A stretch of 62,766 nucleotides of DNA, filler included, from Klebsormidium nitens (taxonomy: Eukaryota > Plantae > Klebsormidiophyceae): assembly GCA_000708835.1 (NCBI GenBank). It is 7 parts of 7 records of this genome, joined end to end, with 100 filler letters (N's around TTAATTAATTAA, not from the genome) between each part and the next. Parts side by side here need not be neighbours in the genome. Positions count along the whole stretch, not along the records: positions 25,394 to 43,038 come from DF237937.1; positions 43,139 to 59,815 come from DF237981.1; 5 more parts are not named here. One strand, 5' to 3'. The notes below the pieces were generated by a model that worked only from the letters and a program-made list of their open reading frames with translations, did no database searches and was not told the DNA's origin. Position numbers and translations under genes: made by a program. Below, piece by piece: positions 36,201 through 49,034 of the stretch. Every line of letters starts with the position of its first letter. Within the stretch, counting starts at the first letter, position 1.

Positions 36201-37838
36201 CTTTTTCCATCTTCCTGTAAAGTAATTTGGCAGAAAAGAGGCGTTTTTCTAAGGGGGGATCCGGGGGGCTGGGCTTGGAGGGGGCAAGCTTCTCCCAAGG
36301 ACAAATATTCTCTGCCACAAATACTACAGTACAGGGAGATGAAAGGCTGTTTTAGGGGGGTGACCCGGGCTTGGGAAAGGGAAGCCCTCTCATGGACGAA
36401 CGCCTTTAATTTCCTCGCTATTTTCAGTCGAAACAATGTGGCGGATGAAGGCGTTGTCCTTGGGAAGACCCGAGGGCTGGGCTGAAGTAGCAAAGTCTCT
36501 GCCTGGGAAGCCCTCACTTCTGTTTTCCTTATATATCCAGTGAATATGATGTCCTGATGCGCCTCTTTAGAGGGAGGGGGGCCAGGCTGGATGGACGTTG
36601 AGAATAAAGATTATGAGCAAATCGAGGGAAAATGTGGATGAAGGGTCATGGTGTTACACATATATAGGGGGTTCGTCCAAAGCATAAGGGCTGAAGTGGG
36701 GAATCTGCAAGTAACACAAGCCAATTACTAGTACCTTCTTCCAAGTTAAAGGACGTGATGGTGTACACCACAGTACTTATCAATGCTATAACTTGCACCT
36801 CCGTTTGATCGGCATTACCTGTGTTTATTGGCATGCCGAAATTTACGACTTTACAGGATTTGTTTTGTACGTAGTTTAAGAAGAGAACCAACAGGTACTT
36901 AGGTGTGATGTGTTCTGATCAATCAAATAATCCATTCTCAAATCGTTCAACCCCACACTTTCAGGACGACGCCGTCTATTGTCGATTACGGGTTGTGCTT
37001 ACAAGCTGCCCTCGACCTGCACACGTCCATCCAAGTAGTTTTCTTAGCTACAAATGCTGCTCCAGCAGAAATATATTTTCTGAGGTATGTTGCATTGCTG
37101 AGACCTTTCTTTTCCAACAATCCAGAACTCAGCTCTGAAACGGCCGTTTGTAGGCACCCACGTACTTGTAAGACTACTACCAGCATTTTGGTATTTTGCC
37201 TGAATCTATCCTGAAGATAGATATGAGTTTGGAAGATGATGCAATTGATGCAATTTCGAGTGGTTGACTTGGCTCATGGCGACCCCTAAAGGTCTGACAG
37301 GAATCTTGTTGCTCAGGAACCTTGTCCAAGTACCAATCTTATTGTTGCGAGATGAGGTGGTGGCCATTCAACCATGGACCAGGGTTTTGCTGGAGAATTT
37401 CGGCGAAGGCTGGATTGGCAGTCCACAGGTAAGATTAAAGCACGACAACAAGCATCCAACTCTTTGTATTTGCGTACTAATTTAGGAACTCAGAATTCTG
37501 ATTTGAATCAAGTCAACAGAGAAGAACTCGAATCATTGCAAACGATTTTTAAGTAACGTGCAAAAACAGCTACTAGGTGAGGGAACACGACATTGGGTAA
37601 CTCGGTCCCGTGTAACTCTTGTTATTCAGCCAATTCCATAATCAGAGTCCTGTACATCTTGAGCAACGCTCCATGTCCTTTCTTGCAGATTGTTGCAATG
37701 TTGGAAAAAGCGATCTGTATGCTTTCAACAATATTTTTCTCAAGTGAATGGTCCACGTTTTCCAAAGATATCCTTCGATTGAGACGTGGCTATGGCAATG
37801 TGCATTGCCATGATGGTCAATTTTGTGACACGATCTAA
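33266..37838 (+). CDS. Plant-type O-fucosyltransferase family protein, multi-exon host gene
   Basis: N-terminal TM anchor, then YLLAFCHVGQFTNQL...AALLNRTLVWP, LAIGDIFY, FVRTFIGSNPFISIHIRHGDF, VFLATNA and AMLEKAICMLSTIFFSSEWSTFSKDILRLRR. Exons are bounded by GT-AG; some boundaries are approximate. Confidence 0.85.
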
Positions 37839-38559
37839 GAGTCTTAGGTAGCAAGCATTCTGATTGATACCATAAGGGTTCTGTTACTCCGAAGTGACAC
37901 GCATTCAGGTGTTCAGTTGAGAAAGCCGGGTCTAGCTTTGACGTCGCCGAAGGTGGAGTGGAAGCGGAAACACGGGTTTCCGCATTTGATGTAGCCCCAT
38001 CTGTTCGTCATCTAAATAATATGCTTTGATCAGCTGCTTTGCTCAGCTTTTCCAACATGCGGAACGAGTGGTGTGGTTAAAGCGGCCCAATGAAGCATTT
38101 TTCAACGTCAGTCGGGAGCAACTTGAATCAGCCAATTATGCAGCCTAGGATTTAGGACGACGCAAGTCGGTCCTATGAGCTTTCCGGGTGATTATGATGC
38201 ATGAGTTCGTAAGTGTGATTGAGAGTGATTGAGCATGGAATATGGCTCAGATACACTGCCAGCTTTGATAGTACTTCTATGAAGTCAGATCTAGCCTAGT
38301 AGCCAAGTATGCCAAGATAACGGATCGCTGTGCATCCTCGTGTCTGACCGTTCTGCCGGCTGGCATCGGAATCAGATATGAGCCGTGGCCCGTCTGCCCT
38401 TAATCTCATTATCGGCGCGCCCTATCACAACCTACTCGTGCGACCCGCGTTTACTCGCAACATGGTTGAGATCGATGAACAAATCGTTTTGATTTGATTG
38501 AAACAGAGGCATTCGCTGCTGATGTGCCACACACTGTAGCATAACATTGCGGCAAGTCG

Positions 38560-39450
38560 ATGATGAAACTCATGTGTACTACGGTGGATCTCGTGCCCCC
38601 TCACTGTCATGGGCCATGGCATATACATCCGGTCCAATAAAATTCGTACCCTAAATTGGCGCCAAAACCCTAAATAGCAATATTTGACCATATTGAGATG
38701 ATATGACCACCATCAATTCTTAACTGGAACCAGAATAAGCCCGGTACATGCCCCATGTCTTCAATCCCACATGATCAAAGTGTGAAGTGATTATATGGGG
38801 ATAGTATACGGCGCATGCCACAACGTGCCATTCTGGGCCCAAAGAGCACTTTATCATCGGGACCTCCGTGCTACCAACCGAGCGCAAATTCAGTGGCACT
38901 TCAGACTCAAGAAAGTTTGCAATGGCCATGAGGAACATGGTTACTATTTTTCTGGGTTTTGCAAACTGGACCAGGGGACCATGACTTACGCGGATTTGAA
39001 AATTTTACAAAAAACCACTGTTTTTACACGAGAGGCCATCTTTGAGCATGGCTATTGCATGCTCCGCTCCGCTTTCACCTTTCACTACATCCAACAGCAG
39101 TTGCTCTACGGATGCCTCTGGATAGCTTGATGCTCTTGGTTTACTTCGAGGACCAATATGGGTTAGCGTACAAACCTCAAGGTATGGGCCGTGTTGAGCC
39201 CATTTTCACCCCATTGCGCCTACAATGGCATTTGCCCTTCACTTTTGTGCCCGCCATGGGTGCCCCTCATTTTGCATGAGGGGTCACTTGGCAAGTGCGT
39301 CAACGCTCATAGAAGAGGCACAAGCGGTTACGGTTTTGAGGTTAGCGCGTGAGCACAAGATGCGGTTAAAAACGTGGGGTACAAAACTTATTGGACCGGG
39401 TGTATGCATCACACAACCAGTCCCTGGCTGGCAAATTTCGGGGGGTCGAG
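38560..39450 (+). pseudogene. Heavily decayed DIRS-like RT-RNase H
   Basis: Remnants YGGSRAP, Y*DD, TIFLG and STDASG occur in the expected order across shifted frames. Confidence 0.4.
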
Positions 39451-40355
39451 ATTTGTCGATCGGACCGTCAGATGAGCAATCCGACGGCCGAAAATTAGTG
39501 TTAGCTTACAAAATTCGTCGCCACTCAAAACTTAACTATGCCGACACTTACGACTCATGCAATAAATGCAGTTCTCACTGCAGTCACTGTACTAGGTCCG
39601 ATTGATCAGCTCTTCTGATAATGCAACGTTCTTCCCCACAATCTCAGTGATGCATATATTGAGATTCGCACTTCGGCAGGCTTGCACACGAGCAAGCTGG
39701 CAACGGCACGAGACAATGCTGGCACACAAGTGCAGCTGAAACGATGGCGCAAGGCAAAGTTTTGGATGTTGGTATTGGCAAAAGGATGTCACTTTTATCC
39801 TCCCTCCTTCTTTTCTACTCTCTTCTTCACTTTTGCACTAGGCTAGAACAAGAATAAAGTCTCTAGTTCATAAGTTAAGGCCTAGCGTCTGATACACTTT
39901 TTCTGCATTATGTTGTGCAAAGTCTGCCACACTCTAGCAGCATCTTCCTTCTTTCTCCTTCCTCCTATCATACAGCCGGACGTATGTATTCGGTCCTGAT
40001 GCTTATCCTTTTCTGACAACAAACTTCACGTGAACTTAAGCTCCAAAGTCTACATGCAGTCTTCCATTTGTACATACCACTTATGTACACCGTTGGATTT
40101 TGGCACTTCCAATCTCGGACGGCTCCGATGTTGTCGCTCCCTTGGCTCGCATGCTCCACGCTGACGTCACCACTGGTCGGCACGCCGGCCGAAGTCGGAC
40201 AGAGGGTTCCGGGGTCGGTTTATGGGCGGTTATACTTAACACCGTCGGTTTCCACTCGGGCCAGGGTTTCAGGGTTTCCAGTTGAGCGCGCTCACGCGCG
40301 CGGCTTTGGTTGTGGGTCGGTTTCTGCTACGTAGTCGGTTTTACGGTAAAAGCTG

Positions 40356-42792
40356 TTAGCTTTGCCCCTCCGCAGAGAAAGCACGTCCTCGTGCTTTAAA
40401 CCAAGCGGTTGGACGGTAAGGGAAGTTGCCCGGGGGTCCGACAACTAGAGTGGTTACAAGTGCTCCAGGGTGTGCTCGGTAGGTATGAAAGTAGTGGTCG
40501 ATTGGGTAGAAGTGGGTTACGGAAAGCAGGTTTCCTGTGCTTCTATCTACGCTTTCCACCGTTACGATTGCTAGGTTCTGCTTGAAATCGAGACGGTGAA
40601 TCTCGGCCAACCACGGTTGCTCGATCTTTCGGGGAAAGCCTAACTCTCGTTCGTTTCCGACGGGACGTGTTTCAGTTAACTGCCCGCTGAAGACTTGCCC
40701 GATTGAGGCCTGGGTAGCTGAGGGCTGCGAAGATACTCTGAGGGAAAACTTGATCCCCAAAGGATGTTGGGAAAAAGGGCGGAGGGTTCGACTGCAGGTC
40801 CAACGGGAATCTGGTTCACAAGGTTTTGCATGGGAGGTTGGGTTGCGTACAGCGCGGGCTGGTTTTGCCCGTATTGGGGTTGAGGCTGGTTAGGTTGAAC
40901 GGGAATCTGGTTGGGGTTCAAGGCAACTGAAGGAGCCGTTAGGTTTGTCATGACTGCGGGCATGGTTGGGTTATTGGGTGTCGGGAAGGCTGCCGTTGGG
41001 TTAAGAGGCTGGTTAAAAGGCGCCGGGTTGCTTGGAAAGGGGGTTCCGAAGTTAGAGTTTGGGCTAGCGAAGGGCTGGTCCGCGGGCGTCTGAAGCAACC
41101 CCCCCAAGCATCGGAGGCCCAACATAACTTGGGCCAAAGAAGGGTGGCTGGTTCACTGGGATGCGATCACCCGACACAACCGGTCCGGCCCCTGGGAAAA
41201 CCTGTTCACGAGTTGCTATCGAACCGGAAGTTCGATAAAATTGTATGTAACGGTCCGCAGACACGATGTAGGCCCGGATACTGGCTACGGTAGCCTCAGC
41301 GCGGCCAATTTTACCAGCAATAGAGTAGTACAGGCTTCCGCACAGGGCCCGGACAAATTTCAGTGGGAGTCGTGAGCCGAACTCGAGGCTAAGGGCCTTG
41401 GTCCGAGGCTCGTAGCCTCAACTTTCAGTGGCTGAGCTGTAGTGTTCAGTGGAAACAAGGCCTTTCGCTGAGTCTAAACTTCCCGACCACTAAAGTAAAA
41501 TTACAAATACTGGTATGAACCTACCGGTTTTGATCGCGCGGTCTCGCGGCTGCACTCGAATTCCAGATCTACCGACCCGATATAAAATAGGACCGGGCAC
41601 CGAGCAATTGAACCGAGTGCTGTGCAACGCGAACTGTGCACCTGGGTTCATCGGGCGGAACTCGTGAACATCGTTCGACCGGCCCAAATCAGCTATGTAA
41701 TGGCTTAAATTGAATCACGGCCGCCCGATGTTAAATCCGACGGCGCGCGTCGACTGAAAAGTCGACCGGACCATTTGCCCGGGACCGGTTGTGGATCTAT
41801 GGGGCAGGGTTGCGCGGGGTGCGTCGGTTTCCATAGGTTCGAGTGGCCTTTTTGACGGGTTTCGGTTTTGGTTAGACTCAGGCACTGGTCCGGGGACTCG
41901 GTCTAAAGACTGGGTTCCGCTGGTTCCGGGTTGGTTGTCTTTCCGTCTGGGGTCTACAATACCGGGGAAGTTACCCGGGAGGTTGATGAATCTCTCAAAA
42001 ATCCGTTCCACTGCAACCAGATAGTGGATCAGAACACCTCGCACTGCCGATTCTTGGCTTTCGGTTCGGTTATAGACGGGGTCAAGGCTGTATAACCACT
42101 GGTTAAAAGGCTGCAGTTCCGGGTGATTGGGCTTCTCCTGTCTGAATACTCCGTATAGGCGGTCTTGCAGGGTTCTGAGGTCACAAGGGTTGGGAGGAGT
42201 TCTTTGTAGACTGGGAGGTAGGTTTTGAGGTTCGCGTTTTGACTGGCTGCCCAATCTAAGGCGGGATCGTTGATTGCGTTTCCTAAGAGTTGTTCTACTT
42301 GTTTCTTTTTCTCACTGCCTTCGTCGGTTGGCGGACAAAAGTTCGGGTTATCTCGAACTCCGTGAATGGCGCCCAAAGGACCACCAACCAAAACTGGGGA
42401 CGAAGTGCGTTTTCTACCCGGTACGCCACGAATGACGGATCTCCGGGTTTACCCGATCCAAGGTGTCCGGTTCCAGGGTTCGCCTCCATTTGGCGGTTGG
42501 GTGGTAAGGCTGGTTGACGGTGTTGACTGGTTTCTGGCTGGGGCTCGGTTCTAGACGGAGGGTTGACTCGGCCTTCCGATTGGGGTTTGGAATTTTCCGT
42601 CAGGTTTGGGCGATTTTGGGTCTCCGGTTTGGGTTCCGTTTTGGAATTCCGTTCTGGGTTAGAGCTACTTAGACTCGAAGTCTTCGTATCTGGAGGTTTC
42701 GCCACGTTGGGTTGGAATTCGGGTTGCTCAGTCGATTCCGTTGGTCGAGATCGCTTCGCTCGTGTATCAAGGTTGAGTGCATTCAAATTCAT
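40356..42792 (-). pseudogene. Unassigned decayed ORF tract (P/N/Q-rich), probably TE Gag/ORF1-like
   Basis: Successive co-oriented ORFs (42295, 42029, 41715, 40676, 40356) with strong strand bias. No catalytic motif recognised. Confidence 0.25.
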
Positions 42793-43179
42793 GTTTCCTG
42801 GCGGTGGGAAGTCAAATTCTCGGGAAGGTGCATGTTACCTCAAAAACTTACTAACCTTACAAACCCACTACCTACACAAAGCACTGAGCGTGCGCACGCG
42901 CGACCGGCGCCGACCGGATGTAAACCCTGCGAACTCGACCCAATCATTGGTGGCAACACCCTTGTCAAGCGTAAACCCGCATTAACCAAGTGGCTGAAGT
43001 TGGTGACGTCACAACAAGGAAGCCGCCAAATCGGGAAANNNNNNNNNNNNNNNNNNNNNNNNNNNNNNNNNNNNNNNNNNNNTTAATTAATTAANNNNNN
43101 NNNNNNNNNNNNNNNNNNNNNNNNNNNNNNNNNNNNNNCTGGCGCTGCCAAGCGCTATGCGACGCACACATGCTCCCCC

Positions 43180-43422
43180 ATGCTATTTATCGACTCCTAC
43201 CCAGTGCACAAGAACACGACCACGACGGCTGCCGAGGGGATTAACAAGGGCCTGAAGCAGTCCGCGGCGAGTCTACAGCAGATCACCAGCATCCGGAGGT
43301 TCTTGATGAGGGTGGCCACCATCCTTGACACGCTCTTCGAGCGCAGCAAGCATGCGGTATTTATTGACAGGTCAGGGGGTAGCAATTGGCTCAGAGACTC
43401 GATCATAGATAGGCGCTCGTGA
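43180..43422 (+). CDS. 3' end of an unknown coding sequence emerging from a gap
   Basis: Open from the gap edge with coding-like composition; converges on the primase-helicase. Confidence 0.3.
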   Translation: MLFIDSYPVHKNTTTTAAEGINKGLKQSAASLQQITSIRRFLMRVATILDTLFERSKHAVFIDRSGGSNWLRDSIIDRRS

Positions 43423-43627
43423 GAGACGAGCCTGGAAGCTTGAAACAGCGATACGTAATACGGTGGCCTCAACTCCTTTATAGTATTAATGGCATGTGTT
43501 TGGCTACCACTTGAAAGCTGCTGTATTGCCGTATTGCCGTATTAAGCTTTGCGTTCGTGTATAGTCACGTGGGTGGGAGGGGGAGGTAGTACTAATACAG
43601 TAATATATATCTTAGTGTATTAGTGTA

Positions 43628-46416
43628 TTACAGGGGAGAGGCGACATTGGCGGGGGATTCGGGTGGCAATTCGGCCTCACTCACCACCCTCACCACGTGA
43701 CTCTTGTGGCAAGTGGTACACACCCGTGCGGAACCCTGGATCTTCGCGTCCCTTTCGATCTCGGCGGCCCTGATTTTCAAGTTGGTACTCATGAAGCTCA
43801 TCCATGGGCCAGCTGCATCTACGGTGTGGCCAAACGAGCGCTCCCATTGCCCATACCAATCGACTTCAGACCACATGTTCTCTTTCGTCAGCACTTTGCA
43901 TATCATAGGCTCGCTCGGAAACCACCAGCCTCGTGTTGCTAGTATGCCGTTGACCGACCTCGAACCGTCCCTCAAACCAAAGACGTCTCTAAGTGAGCCT
44001 ATCTTGTCGAGCTTTCTATCATCTTTGATCCGATGACTGTCCAGGAATGACTCGAAAGTCAACATGATGTCAGCAGATGCCACCCATGTCTCTCGATACG
44101 GGTGAAAGCATCCGCTCTCCAACAGACCTTGGATCATCTTCACGGATGTGGAGACTGAGTGGCCCTTGAGGCGCTCTCCCCAAGCGGTCTGCGGAATGTC
44201 CTGGGGATCCCACTCGGAGATGTCGATGGATGATAGGTATTGATAAAACACGTACGGAGTTTCCACATCGTTCAATTCGTGGAACAGAGCTTTGAAGTAT
44301 GCTTTGTTCCGAATCATCTTGTCTGAACTCTCCATCGCAAAGTAGCGTCTATCGTCGGCCTCCTTTTTTATGGGCCAATACTCGTTCGTCGTGAATGCAA
44401 TGTTCTGAAAGTCGTCCACCTGAATCGCGTCCACGCCCTTCCTATTCAGAACGCCCTGGGATTGCGTGATCATACTCTTCAGCCTGTTGTTCGACTTGTA
44501 TGCCCCACCCCAACTGTTCACTTCATCGAAGACGGTTAGCAACTTGTTTGCGGCCACTGCGTTGAATGACCCAATGACATTTTCGAGATCCTGGCAGTAT
44601 AGGTAGAGGTCGATGCCGAGGATCATGATCCCGAAAAAGTCGAAGAGCGCGCTCTTCCCACTGCCTTGCTTTGATCTTATCACCAGGGCCACCCCGGTTT
44701 TCTTGTGTGGCTTCTGAATCACATGCGCAAGCCAGCAGATCAGATATCTGTAAGACTGCTCACACCCATTTGCGAGGATGTTCCGGATGTGCCACAGGAG
44801 TCTAGGTATCTTTGCTTCGCATTCTCGCATCCCTTCCTCGGTAAGCTTCGATTTCAAGGGTTCGAACTTGAGGCCGTTGAACAGGTTGAAATGCTTGGGG
44901 TTACCTTCATTCAGACTGGGGTAGAATACGACTTTATCATACTGTCGCCTTGCCGACGAAGATCGCCAATAGGCTCCAGCGTTCTTGAATCGCCCTGGCA
45001 CCTTGGATAGACCGAGAGTCTCACAGCGCTCTGCAAATTCACGTCCACTTCGGAGGACCTTCTTGAATGGTTTCAGGCTGTTATCTGAATCGCGTTTGAA
45101 GAGTGTCTCAGTGTAAGTGATTCGGGAGGCGCCGGTCACGACCCCGAAATAGTGGTTCATGACTTTGACTACAATATCAAGCAAAGTTGCCACCTCCTGC
45201 TTGGCCGCTGCTTCAGAGTCTTTCTCGTTCGATGTACATATGTACTTTTGGCAGTCTTGCAGTACTCTCGAATTGTCCTCATCGATTTTTAAGGGCAGGC
45301 AGTCGGGCCAAAAATAGACTCCGAGCATCCGCTTGGCTTTCTTGATGCATTCGCCGCCTAGGCATCTGTAGAGGAATATCGCCCCATTGCTCAGGACGCT
45401 GAAATTGTTGCTCGTGTGGTTGCAACCATTCACACATGTCCTCACACCCACCGTTCTGAACTTCATCACATGCCAACCGGTTTTGGTCATAGGTCGCATA
45501 CCGACGAACCGACTCCTGTCCCCGGGAAGCTTCTTCTGCAACAAGGCCGATACCACCTGGACCGCTTCAGAAACGCCGTGGATGATGGTTGCCTCCGGAG
45601 GGATTGAAACAGGAATTGACGCGGTCTGTTGTGCGACTGCATGAGTGGGCTCGAGGGCAGCATTCAAAAATTTTGTGAGCCACTCGGGCATCGCACTCCG
45701 TGGGGAGCTCGCATCTCCGTTGAGCCAGCTGTACCCGTAAGTAGCCCCGTCCTCATCGTGATATGTAGTTGGGCTCACAAAAACCACGCATCCTCCCCCC
45801 GTCCGTCGATAGCCCAAGTCAGATCCAAATGTTTCAGCGATGTGAAGTTCTTTCGGTGCTGAAGCCCTAACGTCTTGCGGTTGCTGAAGTAAAGGTGCAA
45901 TCCTAACCCAGAGCCCGTGGACGCTTTCATAGTGTTGATATCTCCATGCTCTGCGATGAGCGCTGTCCACAGCTCGGTCCCATCTCGTTTCCCGGCCTTC
46001 GGATTGTCTTCAGATGCTTGCACCGTCTTGGCGTCTATGTCAAGGACAAACAAGTCGGAGATGCCGCACAGCAGGGCAATTGCATTCACATGCACTGAGG
46101 CGGATGCAATGATTTCGTCGATATGTTCTGTCCAGGCTTCGACCGAACCCATGAGATGCTCATAGCGATTCGGGAATTGTGGCTTTTTCTTCCCGTTGAC
46201 CATGTCAATCCGCAGAGGGATGCCGTAGAGCCCCTGTTGTGAGAGCTCTTTGATTGCCGCTGATATTCGCATTCTCTGGTAGATAGGGCTAACGTTCTGA
46301 TCCTCCGCAGGTCGTCTGCCAGCGATGACCGCCTCGATCGACTGAGCACCGTAGGGCCTGGCGTCTCGAACTCCGAGACCGGCGTTGGTGGGCAGCGAGC
46401 AAAGTTGAGATGCCAT
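43628..46416 (-). CDS. Bifunctional Prim-Pol / Zn-binding / SF3 helicase (about 930 aa; one frameshift near 45800)
   Basis: LFVLDID, TGSGLGLHLYF and IDGRG (shift in a G-run) GCVVFVSP; then CVNGCNHTSNN...YRCLGGEC, SKQGSGKS, LTVFDEV and DDRRYFAME. Confidence 0.9.
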
Positions 46417-46534
46417 GCGATCTTCCTTACCAGGTAACGAACATTTTATTTTTGAGAAAAACGCGCTCGTTCGGAGATTGTACTTTTTTTCTGAATGTAT
46501 TCCACGAGGCTTAATGACTCTTCAAGTATCCGGT

Positions 46535-46833
46535 ATCAACTCGTACAGCGACGATTTGCGCTCGTGCTTGTGTTCTGTTTGTAAATCAATGCGAGATTAT
46601 GGAGAAAGGCACCCCGATCGCCACACGAAGACCGTCAGAGACTACTATAGTCGCAATCGAGAGGATATACTCCTAACAAAAGCATTCAATCGCCACCAAT
46701 CAGGCATGCATGAAATCTCGGCCAGAAACGTTGGAGAAGCTTATCAATGCTGGATATCCGGTACGTAAAGGACAAACTGATCCTCAAATGCAAATCGGAG
46801 ATTCGGTCGCCCAGTACTTGGCAATTGAAGCAT
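46535..46833 (+). CDS. Small virus-like hypothetical protein (probable frameshift)
   Basis: CSVC...RDYYSRNREDILLTKA pattern, as in small basic proteins of large DNA viruses. It is the only plus-strand ORF called inside 43.6-59.2 kb. Confidence 0.35.
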
Positions 46834-46854
46834 GACTCACAGCTGCTCAGATTA

Positions 46855-47913
46855 CTACCAAGCTATTGGAGTCCCATCGGGCTTGTACTTTTTCTCGTAA
46901 TGGGTCTGCTGAACCGCCACCGAATGCAAACAAGATGACGCCTTTTCAGCCCGATCTCTTAGGGATGGTGCATCTTTGTACTCGTTTGAGATCAAGATCT
47001 TCCGCATCAGGCTCGAACCGACGTTTGCATCCATCCATATGGCCGCCATGAATTTCGAATAATAATTGCGGCCCATGGGGGTATCTGGCTTCTTCATGCA
47101 ACTCAACAGATACCTCCTGGGGAATACGACGAGACTGTCTACAACTACATTGTTCATGCGCTGCGGAAATGCATACATTTTCTCCGCCTGCGATCGGTCC
47201 GTCTTGAAGTATCTGAGGTGGAATGTGAACTGTCCTTCTGCCGTTTCCATGATGTGGTTGCCTTGCATCAGCTTTCGTATCGCTGATGATCGGTGGTCCT
47301 TCATGAAAATGATTGGGGCGTCTGAATAATCGTTCCGCAAGGTTGGTAGATAGGCGTACAAACATAGGATCAGGTGCCGAATGAGGTCGATACGATCCTC
47401 CATCGTAATGTCTGCAGGTTGTTTAGGCAGAATGAGTCTGTTCACACGGCGCTGTAGCTCCTCGCGCTTCTTTGTGATCTGTTCCAGTGTCTTCCAATTT
47501 GCTCCCTCATGCTCTGTCATTTGCTGCAGGGGGGGTTTAAGGGCTTCTCTTGCCTTTCTGATGTCCTCGTGCCTGTCAAAGTACACCTTCCACAGAGCCA
47601 TATCTCGTAGGTGATCCTTTGCAATTATCATGAGGGTGAAGATGTACCCATGCTGAGCTGGCAGTTTATCTGAATACACGTCCTTCAGAAAGTCAATCAC
47701 TTTGGCACAATCCGTCTTGACCCACCGGAGGTCCCTCAACTCCTCAGACCCTTCGAAGAAACTCGTGTGTAACCGCAGGGTCTGCGAAACGTACTGACGG
47801 AGAGTGTTTTCTTTCCGTAGATTGTTGTCGAATGCAGCTTTGACAATCTCATCCGGCGTCGGCTCAACCTCGATATGCTTGACATTATCCACCTTTTTCA
47901 TGATCGTAACCAA
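46855..47913 (-). CDS. Intact NCLDV/PLV-type tyrosine recombinase (about 350 aa)
   Basis: LCLYAYLPTLRNDY (Arg), YFKT (Lys), FPRRYLL, SSLMRKILIS, CLHS and QQTHY (Tyr) occur in the correct order. ATG at 47901. Confidence 0.8.
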   Translation of the reverse strand: MVTIMKKVDNVKHIEVEPTPDEIVKAAFDNNLRKENTLRQYVSQTLRLHTSFFEGSEELRDLRWVKTDCAKVIDFLKDVYSDKLPAQHGYIFTLMIIAKDHLRDMALWKVYFDRHEDIRKAREALKPPLQQMTEHEGANWKTLEQITKKREELQRRVNRLILPKQPADITMEDRIDLIRHLILCLYAYLPTLRNDYSDAPIIFMKDHRSSAIRKLMQGNHIMETAEGQFTFHLRYFKTDRSQAEKMYAFPQRMNNVVVDSLVVFPRRYLLSCMKKPDTPMGRNYYSKFMAAIWMDANVGSSLMRKILISNEYKDAPSLRDRAEKASSCLHSVAVQQTHYEKKYKPDGTPIAW

Positions 47914-48094
47914 CTATGTACTTAGCTACGAAAAAAGTGACCATGGCTCTGCCTCGCCTCGGCTACATAGCTGACTGAGGCATGCCAGAAAAATATCACA
48001 GGCCAGTCGAGACTGTGCTCATGAATGCAATAACCAAATGATCGTTTTCAGTACACAATGGGAATTCATTGGCAAAACGGCCAGAAATTCAGAA

Positions 48095-48116
48095 TCACCT
48101 AAGCGCGCTTAGGTGA
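48095..48116. promoter_or_regulatory. Perfect 22-bp palindrome upstream of the recombinase
   Basis: TCACCTAAGCGCGCTTAGGTGA; function unknown. Confidence 0.5.
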
Positions 48117-48457
48117 ATGGGCCCACATAGGTGACTGGCCCTTGTCAGAATTTTGGACTGCGGGTGGGAACAGTCCTTCAGCTAAGTGGTCAGGATCCAG
48201 ATGGGCCAACAACTTGGTTATTCCATTGATGAGCGGCCATAATCTTTGGATGTTGACCCATCCGAGCCATTGTGCGAGTCTTCGGTTATATACTCTGTTC
48301 CAAACTCGAGCTTCGAGTCAGACACCAAATCGTAATTGGAATACTTGTTGTACTTCGCCATCCAAAGCGATTCACTCTTCCATGTCAAAAGTCCCACATA
48401 GTTCTCGGTCAAATATCCTACGGCCTAAAGTGATCATAGTATTCAAAATTGTACAAC

Positions 48458-48960
48458 TGTACCAGGATGATGTAAGTTGTCTCTATAGAACATGAATGCA
48501 CCATCCTGGTACAAGCTCAGAATGGTTGAATTGTCCGGCTGGCGCCGGGGTTCACAGCTGTACCAGGATGATGTAAGTTCTTTCTTCAGACAATGTATGC
48601 ACCATCCTGGTACAGACTCTCAAAGTTCACCGTTGTACCAGGATGATGTAAGTTTGTTCTATAGAGAATTCATGCACCATCCTGGTACAAGCTCAGAATG
48701 GTTGAATTGTCCGGCTTGTGCCGGAGCTCACAGCTGTACCAGGATGATGTAAGTTAGGCTAGCCTCAAGTCATGCACCATCCTGGTACAAGCTCAGAATG
48801 CTTGAAGTGTCCGGCTCGCGCCGGGGTTCACAGCTGTACCAGGGTGATGTAAGTTAGGCTAGCCTCAGATCATGCACCATCCGGGTACGAACTCGAGTTT
48901 CAATGTTGTGTCAGGATGACATTAGTGCTATGGCGAGATTCGTGCACCACCCTAGTTCAT
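48458..48960 (+). repeat. Palindrome array A (5 full and 1 degenerate 55-56 bp units)
   Basis: Units at 48458, 48559, 48634, 48735 and 48835: TGTACCAGGATG-N31/32-CATCCTGGTACA. Confidence 0.95.
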
Positions 48961-49034
48961 ATCAGGATGATGCATGAATTTGGATGCACGGAGCTGCCAC
49001 CATCATGGTCAGAGCAAGCCAAGCGACCCGAGCT

